Source: Methanocellales archaeon (GTDB lineage Archaea; Halobacteriota; UBA148; JAUWXC01). Taken from it: a stretch of 64,000 bases of DNA. Numbering within the stretch: the first letter of the stretch is position 1; every line of letters begins with the position of its first letter. The notes below the pieces were generated by a model that saw only the letters and a program-made list of their open reading frames with translations, was not told the origin of the DNA and made no database searches. The stretch lies in the NCBI GenBank assembly GCA_030610945.1, contig JAUWQV010000002.1, forward strand, positions 28,633 to 92,632. The letters are read 5' to 3'. The position numbers and the translations under genes are program-made. Of this stretch, positions 1-9,477 are shown piece after piece.

Positions 1-30
1 CGGAATCGTGTAAATCTGCTCCCCTTCCAC
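1..30 (-). CDS. rpl31e: 50S ribosomal protein L31e, N-terminal fragment (gene continues beyond window start)
   Basis: Not in ORF track. Minus strand from GTG (30..28) reads (M)EGEQIYTIP, the conserved L31e N-terminus (E-x-IYTIPLR). Fits the conserved archaeal order S19e / PDCD5-like / L39e / L31e. Only 10 codons are visible. Confidence 0.35.
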   Translation of the reverse strand, partial: MEGEQIYTIP

Positions 31-39
31 GAAATCACC

Positions 40-192
40 TTATATGTCTAAGTCGCTCCGTCTCCAGTTTCGCCTTTTTGGGTGTGTCGTTACAGCCCTA
101 TTGGTCTTCATTATCACCCATACTGGCACACGCCTGTTTTGCTCCGTTGCCTTAGCAAGCCTCTTCTTTTTGCCCTTCGTCTTTTTACCCAT
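40..192 (-). CDS. rpl39e: 50S ribosomal protein L39e
   Basis: Not in ORF track (50 aa). Minus-strand ATG 192..190 to TAA 42..40 gives [50 protein letters not shown], a textbook L39e sequence. It starts 1 nt after the stop of the upstream gene. Confidence 0.85.
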   Translation of the reverse strand: MGKKTKGKKKRLAKATEQNRRVPVWVIMKTNRAVTTHPKRRNWRRSDLDI

Positions 193-193
193 T

Positions 194-517
194 TCACATT
201 CTCCGAATTTTTATGTCCCTTTTCTTTGGTTGAACCTGCAGGAGTATCTGTTTCAATTGCTCATCGCTTATCTGGCCTTCTAGTCTCCCGCTCTGTGCGA
301 GCACTATTAACTGCACCTCAACTTGGTCGACAAAATCAGGACGTGTCATCCTGATGTTGTTTAACCTTTCCCTTGCCTCCGGCGTCAATATCTGGCGCAA
401 TATGTCTTTTTTTCTGGCCTGTATTTCTGTCCTTGCAGACTCTTCTTGAATTGCCTGCATCTGCGCTTGCCTGAGTTGTTCCAATTTTCTTCTTTTAATC
501 TCGTCCAACTCATTCAT
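194..517 (-). CDS. PDCD5/TFAR19-family dsDNA-binding protein
   Basis: 107 aa. KRRKLEQL...[26 protein letters not shown] is the archaeal PDCD5-like (MTH1615-type) signature. Position between S19e and L39e is conserved. Confidence 0.8.
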   Translation of the reverse strand: MNELDEIKRRKLEQLRQAQMQAIQEESARTEIQARKKDILRQILTPEARERLNNIRMTRPDFVDQVEVQLIVLAQSGRLEGQISDEQLKQILLQVQPKKRDIKIRRM

Positions 518-527
518 GGGACATCGC

Positions 528-983
528 CTAATATTTTTCTAATCCAGGGATATCCTTGGCAACTTCTTTCTTAACATCATCTGCGACGTTATCCAAGAAG
601 GATTGCCCGGCAGGCGATATAGTTCGCCCTTTTTTCGTATTGTGCAGGTATCCTATCTGTTCCAGCTGCTGGATTGCATGTCGTAGAATCGAACCGCTCC
701 CTTTCACAAACCGTTCCGGCTTCGACCCTCTGTTCTGTTTACCCCCATAGAATGACCTGAGCCGCTCTACTCCGACCGGTCCATCTATATATATGCGCCT
801 GAGGATGGATGCGCACCTGATATGCCACCAATTCTCCTGTGTAGGGGGTAATTCTTTGTGAATGCCAGTTTTTACATAGGCTGCCCACTCTGGTGGCACG
901 ACTTTTTTAGACTCTTCTAGTCGTAGCGCTACCTTGTTTATAAGCTCGAATGCAGGTACATCATAAACCGTTGTCATGCTCAA
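528..983 (-). CDS. rps19e: 30S ribosomal protein S19e
   Basis: 151 aa. [30 protein letters not shown] and [13 protein letters not shown] match the S19e family. Confidence 0.9.
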   Translation of the reverse strand: MSMTTVYDVPAFELINKVALRLEESKKVVPPEWAAYVKTGIHKELPPTQENWWHIRCASILRRIYIDGPVGVERLRSFYGGKQNRGSKPERFVKGSGSILRHAIQQLEQIGYLHNTKKGRTISPAGQSFLDNVADDVKKEVAKDIPGLEKY

Positions 984-1017
984 CTTCCATTAGAAGGATA
1001 ATAGATTAATCTATCGG

Positions 1018-1281
1018 TTATTTGCCCTTAAAATATACGGCAGTCATGCCCCTTGTCTCGATTAACTCGGCATTAGCTGATAGGGCTAATTGCTGTGCGA
1101 GTTCGGCTCGTTCGGACCTAATTGCCGATTTTGGGAATTTGACTTTGACAAGATGCATCTTTTTCAATTGCCTCCTCAGCTCTTCTATGACCGTTTCCGT
1201 AATGCCATTTTTTCCGATCTGAACTATTGGGCTAAGTGATGTTGCATCTGCCTTTAGTTTATATGCCTTCTTCTTTTCCAT
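1018..1281 (-). CDS. YhbY/CRM-domain RNA-binding protein
   Basis: 87 aa. LSPIVQIGKNGITETVIEELRRQLKKMHLVKVKF plus C-terminal G.T.V.Y is the CRS1/YhbY fold signature. Confidence 0.75.
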   Translation of the reverse strand: MEKKKAYKLKADATSLSPIVQIGKNGITETVIEELRRQLKKMHLVKVKFPKSAIRSERAELAQQLALSANAELIETRGMTAVYFKGK

Positions 1282-1406
1282 CAGGTGCAGGTAATGCTTG
1301 CAGCCTTCTTAATTTTATCTGCCGCTTCTTTCATCTTGCCGACAATTCAGTCGAGTTTTAGGCTAGCTTTTTCTTATATGCCTTATGCGCTAATATACCT
1401 CTTAGA

Positions 1407-1718
1407 TTATGGATATGGGTACCGCATCTGCCTATTACATGCGAGGCATGTTACCGTTACATATCTTTTCCGCAATCGTACCCTTGCGCTGGCTCCTGGC
1501 ATGAGATATGAGTAGCAGTGCTTGCACATCCTCCGCTTGAATTCCCTGGGAATCCTGACATTGTGGCGCATGCCGATTCTTCTCGCAAGCTGGACATACC
1601 TGTTGCTTCTTTCCGGGTGCTCTCCGAATTCTTTCTCAGCAAGCCCAAAGAGTATTTCGATTCTCTGCTTTGCCATGTCCCTGATCCAGCTCTTGCGCTT
1701 CACCCAGATTCCTCGCAT
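1407..1718 (-). CDS. rnp4: RNase P protein component 4 (Rpp21/Rpr2)
   Basis: ORF track gives 1407..1751. Rpr2 signatures are RIEILFGLAE, RYVQLARRI and a zinc ribbon CKHC...CLAC. I place the start at Met12 (1718); Met26 at 1676 is also possible. The first 11 codons overlap a duplicated copy of the tRNA-Gly 3' end and look non-coding. Confidence 0.8.
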   Translation of the reverse strand: MRGIWVKRKSWIRDMAKQRIEILFGLAEKEFGEHPERSNRYVQLARRIGMRHNVRIPREFKRRMCKHCYSYLMPGASARVRLRKRYVTVTCLACNRQMRYPYP

Positions 1719-1721
1719 TCC

Positions 1722-1740
1722 TTCGTAATGCGCCGACCGG
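1722..1740. repeat. Direct repeat copy A (TTCGTAATGCGCCGACCGG): duplicate of tRNA-Gly 3' end plus trailer
   Basis: 18/19 identical to 1776..1794 in the same orientation, 54 bp apart. Read directly from the sequence. Confidence 0.8.
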
Positions 1741-1775
1741 TCGAAAATCACAGATTTTCTTAACCAACCGGCACA

Positions 1776-1794
1776 TTCTTAATGCGCCGACCGG
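1776..1794. repeat. Direct repeat copy B (TTCTTAATGCGCCGACCGG): genuine tRNA-Gly 3' end (1783..1794) plus 7-nt trailer
   Basis: Partner of 1722..1740. Covers the last 12 nt of the tRNA (3' acceptor strand plus part of the T stem). Confidence 0.8.
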
Positions 1795-1913
1795 GATTTG
1801 AACCCGGGTCATGGGCTGTCTTCCGCAACCTTCAAAAAGGTTGATAGTTTTGATCAAACTTTTTTAAAAGTTTGGTTGGAAGGCCCATGTCATAACCACT
1901 AGACTATCGGCGC
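1783..1913 (-). tRNA. tRNA-Gly (anticodon UCC) with ~59-nt intron after position 37
   Basis: Reverse complement folds as a cloverleaf: acceptor GCGCCGA/UCGGCGC, D arm GUCU-AGUGGUUA-UGAC, anticodon stem UGGGC/GCCCA, loop CUUCCAA, T arm CCGGG-UUCAAAU-CCCGG, discriminator A. The two halves are separated by an insert at about 1818..1876. In the insert, GGAAG can pair with the anticodon-loop CUUCC. No encoded CCA. Confidence 0.85.
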
Positions 1914-1935
1914 AATCTCGCTATTCTTGGTAGGT

Positions 1936-1945
1936 TATTAAATAC
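1936..1945 (-). promoter_or_regulatory. Putative TATA box for tRNA-Gly
   Basis: TATTTAATAA on the tRNA strand, 23-32 nt upstream of the tRNA 5' end, which is the typical archaeal TATA position. Sequence-only guess. Confidence 0.35.
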
Positions 1946-1962
1946 GCTTCGCTGATAATTAA

Positions 1963-2487
1963 ATGTTGATGATGAAAGAAGGTATTAATCTATATGCATA
2001 TCACATGCACCAGTGCGACCCAAAGAAATGCACCGCTAAAAAATTGGCGCGATTCGGTCTTGTTGAGTTATACGACAACATAAAAAAGCTGCCTTCGGGC
2101 GCAATATTGCTCGACCCTACAGCAGAGAGGGCACTATCTCCTGCGGACGAGGAAAAGGCGCAAAAGGGCATCGTCGTGCTTGACTGCTCATGGGAAGAGG
2201 TCGAAAGGGCATTTCCTCTGCTGCGAAAAAAGCGAATGTCGCACAGGGCGCTGCCATTCCTGCTTGCTGCAAATCCCGTTAACTACGGCAAGCCGTTCAA
2301 ACTGAGCAGCGTCGAGGCGTTTGCGGCTGCGCTTTATATTCTGGGGCAAAAGGAGCAGGCGGAGCAGATTCTGAGCAAGTTTGGCTGGGGGCTGGGATTC
2401 TTAGAACTGAATAGAGCGCCCCTGGAAGAATATTCAAAGGCGAGAAATAGCGCGGAAGTGATTGAAATTCAGGAGGGGTATATGTGA
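1963..2487 (+). CDS. tsr3: 16S rRNA aminocarboxypropyltransferase Tsr3 (DUF367)
   Basis: 174 aa. [46 protein letters not shown] are Tsr3 family motifs. Confidence 0.85.
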   Translation: MLMMKEGINLYAYHMHQCDPKKCTAKKLARFGLVELYDNIKKLPSGAILLDPTAERALSPADEEKAQKGIVVLDCSWEEVERAFPLLRKKRMSHRALPFLLAANPVNYGKPFKLSSVEAFAAALYILGQKEQAEQILSKFGWGLGFLELNRAPLEEYSKARNSAEVIEIQEGYM

Positions 2488-2589
2488 TTGACAAATTGTG
2501 CGCAGACATCCTCGGGGCGTTAATGTTAAATGTTAGTATTAAATGCTATAGGGATTATCTATAATGCTGTTAAATTGAGGTAATATATC

Positions 2590-2754
2590 ATGGCACGATT
2601 TCCAGAGGCAGAAGCAAAACTTCTTCACATGAAAATTTGTATGAAATGCAATGCGCGCAACCCCGTTAAGGCGCTCAAGTGCAGAAAATGCGGTTATAAA
2701 GGGCTGAGGACGAAATCCAAGATAAGCAAGGCAGGAAAGGGCGGGGCACCATGA
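2590..2754 (+). CDS. rpl40e: 50S ribosomal protein L40e
   Basis: Not in ORF track (54 aa). [54 protein letters not shown] carries the CxxC...CxxC zinc ribbon of L40e. Its TGA overlaps the ATG of the next gene (ATGA at 2751..2754). Confidence 0.85.
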   Translation: MARFPEAEAKLLHMKICMKCNARNPVKALKCRKCGYKGLRTKSKISKAGKGGAP

Positions 2755-3491
2755 AGGTCGAGGACCTGCTTAACGAGACAATTCAAAAGGATGGCGCTGT
2801 CCATCTTACGCTGATAGACCCGGATTCACAGGCGCCGGATGAAGCGGCAAAGATCGCTGCTGGCGCGGCTACTGGCGGCACTGATGCCATCATGGTCGGC
2901 GGATCCCTAGGTGGTGGAGGCGCGCAACTCGACGAGACGGTGCTGGCGATAAAGAAATGCACAGACCTCCCGACAATCCTTTTCCCCAGCAGCGTGGCCG
3001 GGCTGAGCAAGCATGCGGATGCAGTCTTCTTCATGAGCCTTTTGAACTCCAAGGATGTGATGTACGTTACGACGAATCAGGCGCTTGGAGCCCCCATTGT
3101 TAAGAGATATGGTATTGAGCCAATACCAATGGCATACATCATCATCTCTCCAGGAGGCACGGCGGGCTGGGTCGGCGATGCAAAGCCAATTCCGAGGGAA
3201 AAGCCTGAATTGGCAGTCGCTTATGCGCTTGCAGCCAAATACCTTGGAATGCGCTGGGTTTATCTCGAGGCGGGCTCTGGCGCTGGCGAATCCGTTCCGC
3301 CAGCCATGATAAAAGCCGTGAAAGATGCCATAGGCGACACGAAGCTCATCGTTGGCGGCGGCATCAGGGATGGAAAAACCGCAAAAGAATGCGTCGAGGC
3401 GGGCGCAGATGCTATCGTAACTGGAACTGCCATCGAAAAGGGCGATGTGACACCCAAAATTAAAGAGTTTGTCGGTGCGATTAAGAATTAA
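2751..3491 (+). CDS. Geranylgeranylglyceryl phosphate synthase (GGGPS, PcrB family)
   Basis: 246 aa TIM-barrel. [33 protein letters not shown] are PcrB/GGGPS signatures. Confidence 0.9.
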   Translation: MKVEDLLNETIQKDGAVHLTLIDPDSQAPDEAAKIAAGAATGGTDAIMVGGSLGGGGAQLDETVLAIKKCTDLPTILFPSSVAGLSKHADAVFFMSLLNSKDVMYVTTNQALGAPIVKRYGIEPIPMAYIIISPGGTAGWVGDAKPIPREKPELAVAYALAAKYLGMRWVYLEAGSGAGESVPPAMIKAVKDAIGDTKLIVGGGIRDGKTAKECVEAGADAIVTGTAIEKGDVTPKIKEFVGAIKN

Positions 3492-3493
3492 GG

Positions 3494-5494
3494 TTATTTC
3501 TTCTTCGATTTCTGCCACTCGATATAATTGCAATACGGGCACCCCAAATCCCATGCTCGTCTTCCCTTGGCCACTATCTTGAGTTTGTGCAGCCCGTGCT
3601 CCTTGCAAACGTTCTGCGTGACGATGATGCCTCCACTCTTGGGAAGCGGGAGCGAGAAATTACAGTCAGGGTATCCGCTACACCCTATGAACCGCAGACC
3701 TCTTCTGGACCTGCGAATCATCAGGTTTGCGCCGCAATCGGGGCAGGCGCCAACAATTTTGTCTTCCTGCAGCCCTTTCTTGAGCATGTCGCTGATGTCT
3801 TCGCCTTTTTCCCTCAAAACATCGAACACAGAGCTCAGCATCTTCTTGGACTCCTGGACCACTGCATCCTCGCTTACCTCTCCCTCTGCGATCTTGTTCA
3901 TATCCTCTTCTAATGTGCGGGTCATGTCAGGCTGGACAATTTGATTTGCATAACTTTCCAGCGTATCAACGACAGCTATCGCCGTCTTTGTCGGGCGTAC
4001 GGGGTTGCCGTGCACGTAACCGCGTGCATATAACTTGCTCAGCGCCTCATGCCTCGTGGACTTCGTGCCGAGACCCAGGTCTTCCATTACTTTAATCAGC
4101 CCGCCCTGCTTGTACCTTGGCGAAGGCTGCGTCTCCTTCTCTGCCAGGTCGACCTTTGTTATGTCCAGGACCTCACCCTCCTTCAGCAAAGGCAAAAATC
4201 GCTCTTTCATCGCATAGTACGGATAGTGCCATCGCCATCCCTCTTCAACCAACTGCGCACCATTCGCATTGAATAACTCTCCGTTGACATCGATTGTTAC
4301 CTTCGTGATATTCCAGATTGCCGGCGGTGCAAACGTCGCAAAGAATCGTCGCACAATCAATTCATAAATCTTCCACTCCGGGGCGCCCAGTTCATCCTTT
4401 TTGGCAACAGAGGCCGGGTGTATAGGCGGGTGGTCCGTCGCTTCTTTCTTGCCCCTGGTTGGCTTGAGCTCCTTCTTCAGCAGGGCGCTTGCATACTCTC
4501 CAAACTCGCTGTTTACGAATGACTCTATGATGGATTTAACATCCAGGCTTTTAGGGTAAACGGTGTTGTCTGTCCTGGGATAGCTGATCCATCCGTGGAT
4601 ATACAAACCCTCGGCGATTCTCATCGCGTTGGCTGGAGAGAAACCGATTGCGCTGGCCGCTCGTATAAACTCGGTCGTGTTGAACGGGGTCGGCGGCTGC
4701 TCTACTTTCTCGCTTCGTTTCAGTTTGGAAATGGTACCTTTTTTACCGAGCCGCGATAGGGTTGCCTCTGCCTCGCTCTTTTCCCAGAAGCGGTCCTTTT
4801 TATGCTTCGCGATAAATTCGCCATCGTTCTTGCATGTGATGGCAATCTCCCAGTACGGTTTGGGTACAAATGCCTCTATCTCTTTCTCCCTCTTGACCAG
4901 CAGTGCTAAAAGCGGGCTCTGCACCCTCCCAACTGAAAGGAAGTTCTTTCCGAGGCGGCGCGACGACAGCGAGATAAACCTCGTAAGTGCAGCTCCCCAG
5001 ACCAAATCGATTTTCTGCCTGGCCTCGCCTGCGGCAGCAAGTTCAAAATCGATCTCGGTAGGGGAAGAGAATGCCTCAATAATCGCGGACGGGGTAATCG
5101 CAGAATACCTGACCCTGTCCACGGGGGTGGAAGGCTCTATTAATCGTAGCGCTTCTACGCCAATTAGCTCTCCTTCCCTATCGTAATCCGTAGCGATGGT
5201 TATGTGTGATGCATCCTTCGCGAGTTTTTTCAGCGCAGAAATGACCTTTTTCTGGGTTGGCACCTGGATAATCTCTGCATCTATAAGTTCGTGTGGCTCC
5301 ACCTTTGACCAGTCGTTGTATTTTTTTGGAAAATCGATTGAAAGAATGTGCCCTACCAGCCCTATAATTTTTTTGCCATCGAACTCGTAAACGTTTACTC
5401 CATTGATCTTTTTTTGTTTCGCCTTTCCATCCGAGAGAATCTGTGCAATCCTCTTTGCTGTGCTGTTTTTCTCTGTTATGATAAGATGCATCAC
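3494..5494 (-). CDS. topA: Type IA DNA topoisomerase
   Basis: 666 aa. N-terminal Toprim ([14 protein letters not shown]...ATDYDREGE), the catalytic-Tyr region ISYPRTDN, and C-terminal CxxC zinc ribbons (CPDCGANL..., CPYCNY). Confidence 0.9.
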   Translation of the reverse strand: MMHLIITEKNSTAKRIAQILSDGKAKQKKINGVNVYEFDGKKIIGLVGHILSIDFPKKYNDWSKVEPHELIDAEIIQVPTQKKVISALKKLAKDASHITIATDYDREGELIGVEALRLIEPSTPVDRVRYSAITPSAIIEAFSSPTEIDFELAAAGEARQKIDLVWGAALTRFISLSSRRLGKNFLSVGRVQSPLLALLVKREKEIEAFVPKPYWEIAITCKNDGEFIAKHKKDRFWEKSEAEATLSRLGKKGTISKLKRSEKVEQPPTPFNTTEFIRAASAIGFSPANAMRIAEGLYIHGWISYPRTDNTVYPKSLDVKSIIESFVNSEFGEYASALLKKELKPTRGKKEATDHPPIHPASVAKKDELGAPEWKIYELIVRRFFATFAPPAIWNITKVTIDVNGELFNANGAQLVEEGWRWHYPYYAMKERFLPLLKEGEVLDITKVDLAEKETQPSPRYKQGGLIKVMEDLGLGTKSTRHEALSKLYARGYVHGNPVRPTKTAIAVVDTLESYANQIVQPDMTRTLEEDMNKIAEGEVSEDAVVQESKKMLSSVFDVLREKGEDISDMLKKGLQEDKIVGACPDCGANLMIRRSRRGLRFIGCSGYPDCNFSLPLPKSGGIIVTQNVCKEHGLHKLKIVAKGRRAWDLGCPYCNYIEWQKSKKK

Positions 5495-6888
5495 AACTTC
5501 TCCCTGAGCAATTTGTTTACTGCATCCGGGTCTGCCTTTCCAGACGTCTTTTTCATGACCTGACCAATGAGGAAGTGAAACGCCTCATCCTTGCCGGCGT
5601 GATAATCCTTAACAGCGGCGAGGTTTTCCTTAATCGCCTCATCTACAGCCTTGGCGATTTCTCCCACGTCCACTTTAAGTAAACCCTTCTGTTTCACTAT
5701 CTCGGTAGGGGTACCGCCCTCATCTAATAGCGCCCTTATCACCTGCACCGCACCCTTTTCCGTGATATTCTTCTCCCGGAGCATGCGCAATATCTGAATC
5801 GTGTGCTTGGGCGAGAATGCATCGATGCCCAAACCCCTGTAATTCAATTCCCCTTTGAGAACGTCTGCAATCCATGTCGCGGCTTGATTTGTATCCACCT
5901 TGCCAGCGACATTCTCGAAGAAGTTTGCCAGTTTAAATTCAGACGTCAATACTTTTGCATGATGCTCTGAAATGTTGTACTGCTCGACAAATCGTCTTCG
6001 TTTGGCATCTGGCAACTCTGGCAGAGTTTTCTTAATCTTGGGCACTCCCTCCTTCGCCTTAAAGGGCACCAAATCGGGTTCAGGGAAGTATCGATAGTCC
6101 TTTTCCTCCTCTTTTGTCCTGAGTGATATGGTGACGCCCCTTGCTTCATCATAATGGCGCGTCTCCTGCACGACATTGATGCCTCTGCGCATCAGGTTTT
6201 TCTGCCTGACAATTTCAAACGATAGTGCCTTTTCTACCCCTTTGTAGGATGAGATGTTCTTGACTTCTGCCCTTGCGCCCCCGGTCAGTGATATGTTCGC
6301 ATCAACCCGTATTGCCCCCTCCAAATAACCGTCGAAGACATCCAGGTATTCCAGAATGTTTCGCAGTTTGTTCAAGAACTGTCGTGCCTCCTTTGGCGAC
6401 CGCAAATCTGGCTCAGTCACAATTTCCAGCAGTGCCATGCCAGAGCGATTATAGTCAATCAGCGAGTATTTTGACTTTTCAATAGGGCCCTTGTGCACCA
6501 ACCTGGCAGGGTCTTCTTCCATATGCACCCTTCTGATTCTGATATTGCGCTCGCCATCCCCCTCAATGACAAGGTTGCCTTTTATCGCAATCGGGTAGTC
6601 ATACTGCGATATCTGAAATCCCTTCGGCAAATCCGGGTAGTAATAATTCTTTCTGTAAAACAGCGTCTGCTCGGCTATTTCGCAGTTCAGTGCCAGCGCG
6701 ACCTTGATGGCAGCCTCAACGGCAGTCCTGTTCAGAACGGGCAGTGCGCCAGGCAATCCCAGGCAGACTGGACACGTGTGCGTGTTCGGCCCAGAGTCGT
6801 GGTACTTGGTGGAACATCCGCAGAACAACTTGGAGTTGAGTTTATTCAACTGCACGTGAACCTCTAAGCCGATGATGACATCCTTCAT
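5491..6888 (-). CDS. gatB: Asp-tRNA(Asn)/Glu-tRNA(Gln) amidotransferase subunit B
   Basis: 465 aa. [35 protein letters not shown] are GatB motifs. 4-nt overlap with topA. Confidence 0.95.
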   Translation of the reverse strand: MKDVIIGLEVHVQLNKLNSKLFCGCSTKYHDSGPNTHTCPVCLGLPGALPVLNRTAVEAAIKVALALNCEIAEQTLFYRKNYYYPDLPKGFQISQYDYPIAIKGNLVIEGDGERNIRIRRVHMEEDPARLVHKGPIEKSKYSLIDYNRSGMALLEIVTEPDLRSPKEARQFLNKLRNILEYLDVFDGYLEGAIRVDANISLTGGARAEVKNISSYKGVEKALSFEIVRQKNLMRRGINVVQETRHYDEARGVTISLRTKEEEKDYRYFPEPDLVPFKAKEGVPKIKKTLPELPDAKRRRFVEQYNISEHHAKVLTSEFKLANFFENVAGKVDTNQAATWIADVLKGELNYRGLGIDAFSPKHTIQILRMLREKNITEKGAVQVIRALLDEGGTPTEIVKQKGLLKVDVGEIAKAVDEAIKENLAAVKDYHAGKDEAFHFLIGQVMKKTSGKADPDAVNKLLREKL

Positions 6889-8288
6889 TACGCCACCCCT
6901 GCGTGTTTCTCGAATGTGTGTGCCACTCTAAGGATGAGACCTTCGTCAAAATGCCCCCCTATAATCTGCATGCCCATGGGCAATCCATTGGCAAACCCAC
7001 ATGGGACTGAGATAGAGGGAACCCCTGCTAGATTCATGGGAACAGTGTTCACGTCTGCCAGATAGAGTGATAGCGGGTCATCGATCTTCTCGCCTATTTT
7101 GAACGCAGCACACGGCATTGTGGGTGTGATGAGTACATCCACCTTTTTGAACGCATTTTCGAAGTCCTGTTTTATCAGCGTGCGCACCTTCAGCGCCTTC
7201 AGATAATATCTCCCATAATAGCCAGCTGAGAGCGCATACGTTCCCAGGAGAATCCGGCGCTTTACCTCCTCGCCGAAGCCCTCTGCGCGTATTTCAGAAA
7301 ATGTTGTGTGCCAGTCCTTGTCCTTTTCCAGACGGAGACCATATCTGACGCCATCGAATCTCGCTAGATTCGAACTCGCCTCGCTCATGGCGATGATGTA
7401 ATACGATGCAAGGGCATACTTGGTGTGCGGCAGCGCCACCTCGGAACATGATGCGCCTAATTCTTCCAATAACGTGATACCATCCCGTACTGCATTATCG
7501 ACATCTTTGTCTACTCCTTCAAAATATTCCTCTGGCACGCCTATTTTTAAGCCAGACACGTCATCCTTGAGTTCGTCGACATATCTATTCTTCTTCATCA
7601 CATGCGATGTAGAATCTCGTGGATCATGTCCAGCGATTACATCTAACAATAACGCAACATCTTCGACGCTGCACCCAAACGGGCCAATCTGCTCCAACGA
7701 GTTTGCGTAGGAGATAAGGCCATATCTGGAAACCATGCCATACGTAGGCTTTAGTCCAACTACGCCACAAAAAGATGCAGGGCATCGGACCGAACCGCCA
7801 GTATCAGAGCCAAGCGCAATGGGCACCTCGCCGCCTGCAACCGCAGCCGCACTTCCGCCAGAAGAGCCGCCTGGAACCCTGCTTAGGTCGTGTGGATTCC
7901 TTGTAGGGCCAAAGAAACTGGTTTCCGTGGAAGAGCCCATCGCGAACTCATCCATGTTCGTTTTTCCGATGATGATGGCACCCTCCGCCTTCAGTCGCTC
8001 GATGACGTGTGCATCATACGGTGGCACGTAACCCTTCAGAATCTTGGAGGCGCATGTCGTTTGTATGCCCTTGGTGGAAATATTGTCCTTGATGGCAATC
8101 GGAACTGCTCCGAGCAATCCTCTCGTGCCATTCTTGTCGGCTTTTCTGGCCTCTTCCAATGCCTGCTCCTTTGTGAGCGTTATGAATGCATTTAATTTGC
8201 TGCGCTCGATTTTGTCAAATAGCGATTGAATAGTCTCTTCAGCTGACTCCTCTTCCATTCTCCTTTTTATCTCGCTGACGCTCATCAT
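6888..8288 (-). CDS. gatA: Asp-tRNA(Asn)/Glu-tRNA(Gln) amidotransferase subunit A
   Basis: 466 aa. Amidase signature [12 protein letters not shown]...[16 protein letters not shown]. Confidence 0.95.
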   Translation of the reverse strand: MMSVSEIKRRMEEESAEETIQSLFDKIERSKLNAFITLTKEQALEEARKADKNGTRGLLGAVPIAIKDNISTKGIQTTCASKILKGYVPPYDAHVIERLKAEGAIIIGKTNMDEFAMGSSTETSFFGPTRNPHDLSRVPGGSSGGSAAAVAGGEVPIALGSDTGGSVRCPASFCGVVGLKPTYGMVSRYGLISYANSLEQIGPFGCSVEDVALLLDVIAGHDPRDSTSHVMKKNRYVDELKDDVSGLKIGVPEEYFEGVDKDVDNAVRDGITLLEELGASCSEVALPHTKYALASYYIIAMSEASSNLARFDGVRYGLRLEKDKDWHTTFSEIRAEGFGEEVKRRILLGTYALSAGYYGRYYLKALKVRTLIKQDFENAFKKVDVLITPTMPCAAFKIGEKIDDPLSLYLADVNTVPMNLAGVPSISVPCGFANGLPMGMQIIGGHFDEGLILRVAHTFEKHAGVA

Positions 8289-8563
8289 ACAATCCTCGGG
8301 CCTTTGAAGAATCCTTCCTCTTTTCTGGGTGCATTTCGCAGGACGTCTTCCTGGCCCAGCGACTCCTTCGCCACGTCGTCTCGAAAGACGTTCTCGATTC
8401 CGGATACATGATGTGTTGGCGTCACACTGGGGTCGATTTCATCCAGTTTTGCAAAATAATCCAGTATGGTGTTGAGCTGTCCCGTAAACTCCTCTTTCTC
8501 TTCGTCGCTCAGCTTTATCCTTGCTAGCCACCCTATGTGCTCCACATCTTTTTTGCTTATCAT
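8285..8563 (-). CDS. gatC: Asp-tRNA(Asn)/Glu-tRNA(Gln) amidotransferase subunit C
   Basis: ORF track starts at 8587. I use ATG 8563 ([22 protein letters not shown]...), the typical GatC N-terminus, which forms an ATGA overlap with the upstream gene stop (8560..8563). Confidence 0.85.
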   Translation of the reverse strand: MISKKDVEHIGWLARIKLSDEEKEEFTGQLNTILDYFAKLDEIDPSVTPTHHVSGIENVFRDDVAKESLGQEDVLRNAPRKEEGFFKGPRIV

Positions 8564-9435
8564 GTCTCCTCCACAGGGATGTTGCATTTCTCTGCTATCG
8601 ATATAAGATATCGCTTTACCCTGCCTGCTCCCCTATACCCATGCGCACGCGACAGCCTGTCCATTGCACGATGAATGCCTGAGCCGTATTGCATCGCCTT
8701 CTTCTCTTTCCAGGCGATATCGCGCGGCACGATATCCTCAGCTAATCTCCTTAAAATGTACTTATTCTTATATCCCTCGCCAGTCTTTCGTATTTTTAGT
8801 TCAGGCGCGATTCTAAGCCCTATTTTAATGACATCATCATCCAGATACGGCTTTCGCAACTCTATGGAATTCACTGCCGTTACCGCTGTATCTCGCTTAA
8901 GGTCTACTTCAGCAATGTTTTGGATGTCCTTAATAACTTCTTGGTGCAACACATCTGCACCTTTCTCAAACGCCGTTATATGGTGATGATACCCTGCAAA
9001 TAGTTCATCTGCGCCTTGGCCAGAGAGCATGACGTTTACGCCGTCGTCGTGTGCCTTTTTCGCGGCGATAAACAGTGGCACCCCTATGCTAATTTGCGTT
9101 GGGTCAACGTTGCCTATGGCTTTTATGACTTTTGGCAGGCATGCCTCGATTTCATCTTGGGTGACGATTTTCAGGCGGAGGCAATCCTTCAAACCCAAAA
9201 GTTCTGCGGCGCGCGCTGCCTGGCGCACGTCATGGGAATCTTCCAATCCGACGGAATACAATACTACTTCGCTTCTCTCTTTAGCCATTGCCGTTATCAG
9301 CGAGCTATCCACTCCTCCGGAAAACGCGATTCCGACTTTTGGCTCAAGTCTTTCGTAAACAGCCCTCTGCAAAGCATCCCTGAGCAGATTTATGACGACA
9401 TCTTCGTCACTTATCAGTTCATCTAGGGCGCGCAT
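8560..9435 (-). CDS. Asparagine-synthetase-like PP-loop ATPase (synthetase domain only, no glutaminase domain)
   Basis: 291 aa. PP-loop AFSGGVDSS near the N-terminus, then LSGQGADELFAGY typical of the AsnB C-terminal domain. No N-terminal Ntn (Cys2) glutaminase domain is present. Confidence 0.7.
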   Translation of the reverse strand: MRALDELISDEDVVINLLRDALQRAVYERLEPKVGIAFSGGVDSSLITAMAKERSEVVLYSVGLEDSHDVRQAARAAELLGLKDCLRLKIVTQDEIEACLPKVIKAIGNVDPTQISIGVPLFIAAKKAHDDGVNVMLSGQGADELFAGYHHHITAFEKGADVLHQEVIKDIQNIAEVDLKRDTAVTAVNSIELRKPYLDDDVIKIGLRIAPELKIRKTGEGYKNKYILRRLAEDIVPRDIAWKEKKAMQYGSGIHRAMDRLSRAHGYRGAGRVKRYLISIAEKCNIPVEET

Positions 9436-9477
9436 GAACGTCTCTTATGTGGCGCGGAATAAAAGGTTTTGTCATCG

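Noticed and set aside
1282-1406. 125-bp gap between rnp4 and yhbY, examined for a small RNA or a 17-codon ORF (MKEAADKIKKAASITCT)
   Set aside because: I could find no convincing stem-loops or box motifs. The mini-ORF is too short and unsupported. I treat the region as an intergenic spacer or promoter.
2907-3608. 233-aa ORF antisense to GGGP synthase and overlapping the topA 3' end
   Set aside because: Shadow ORF with no motif. Both overlapped genes are confidently assigned on their own strands.
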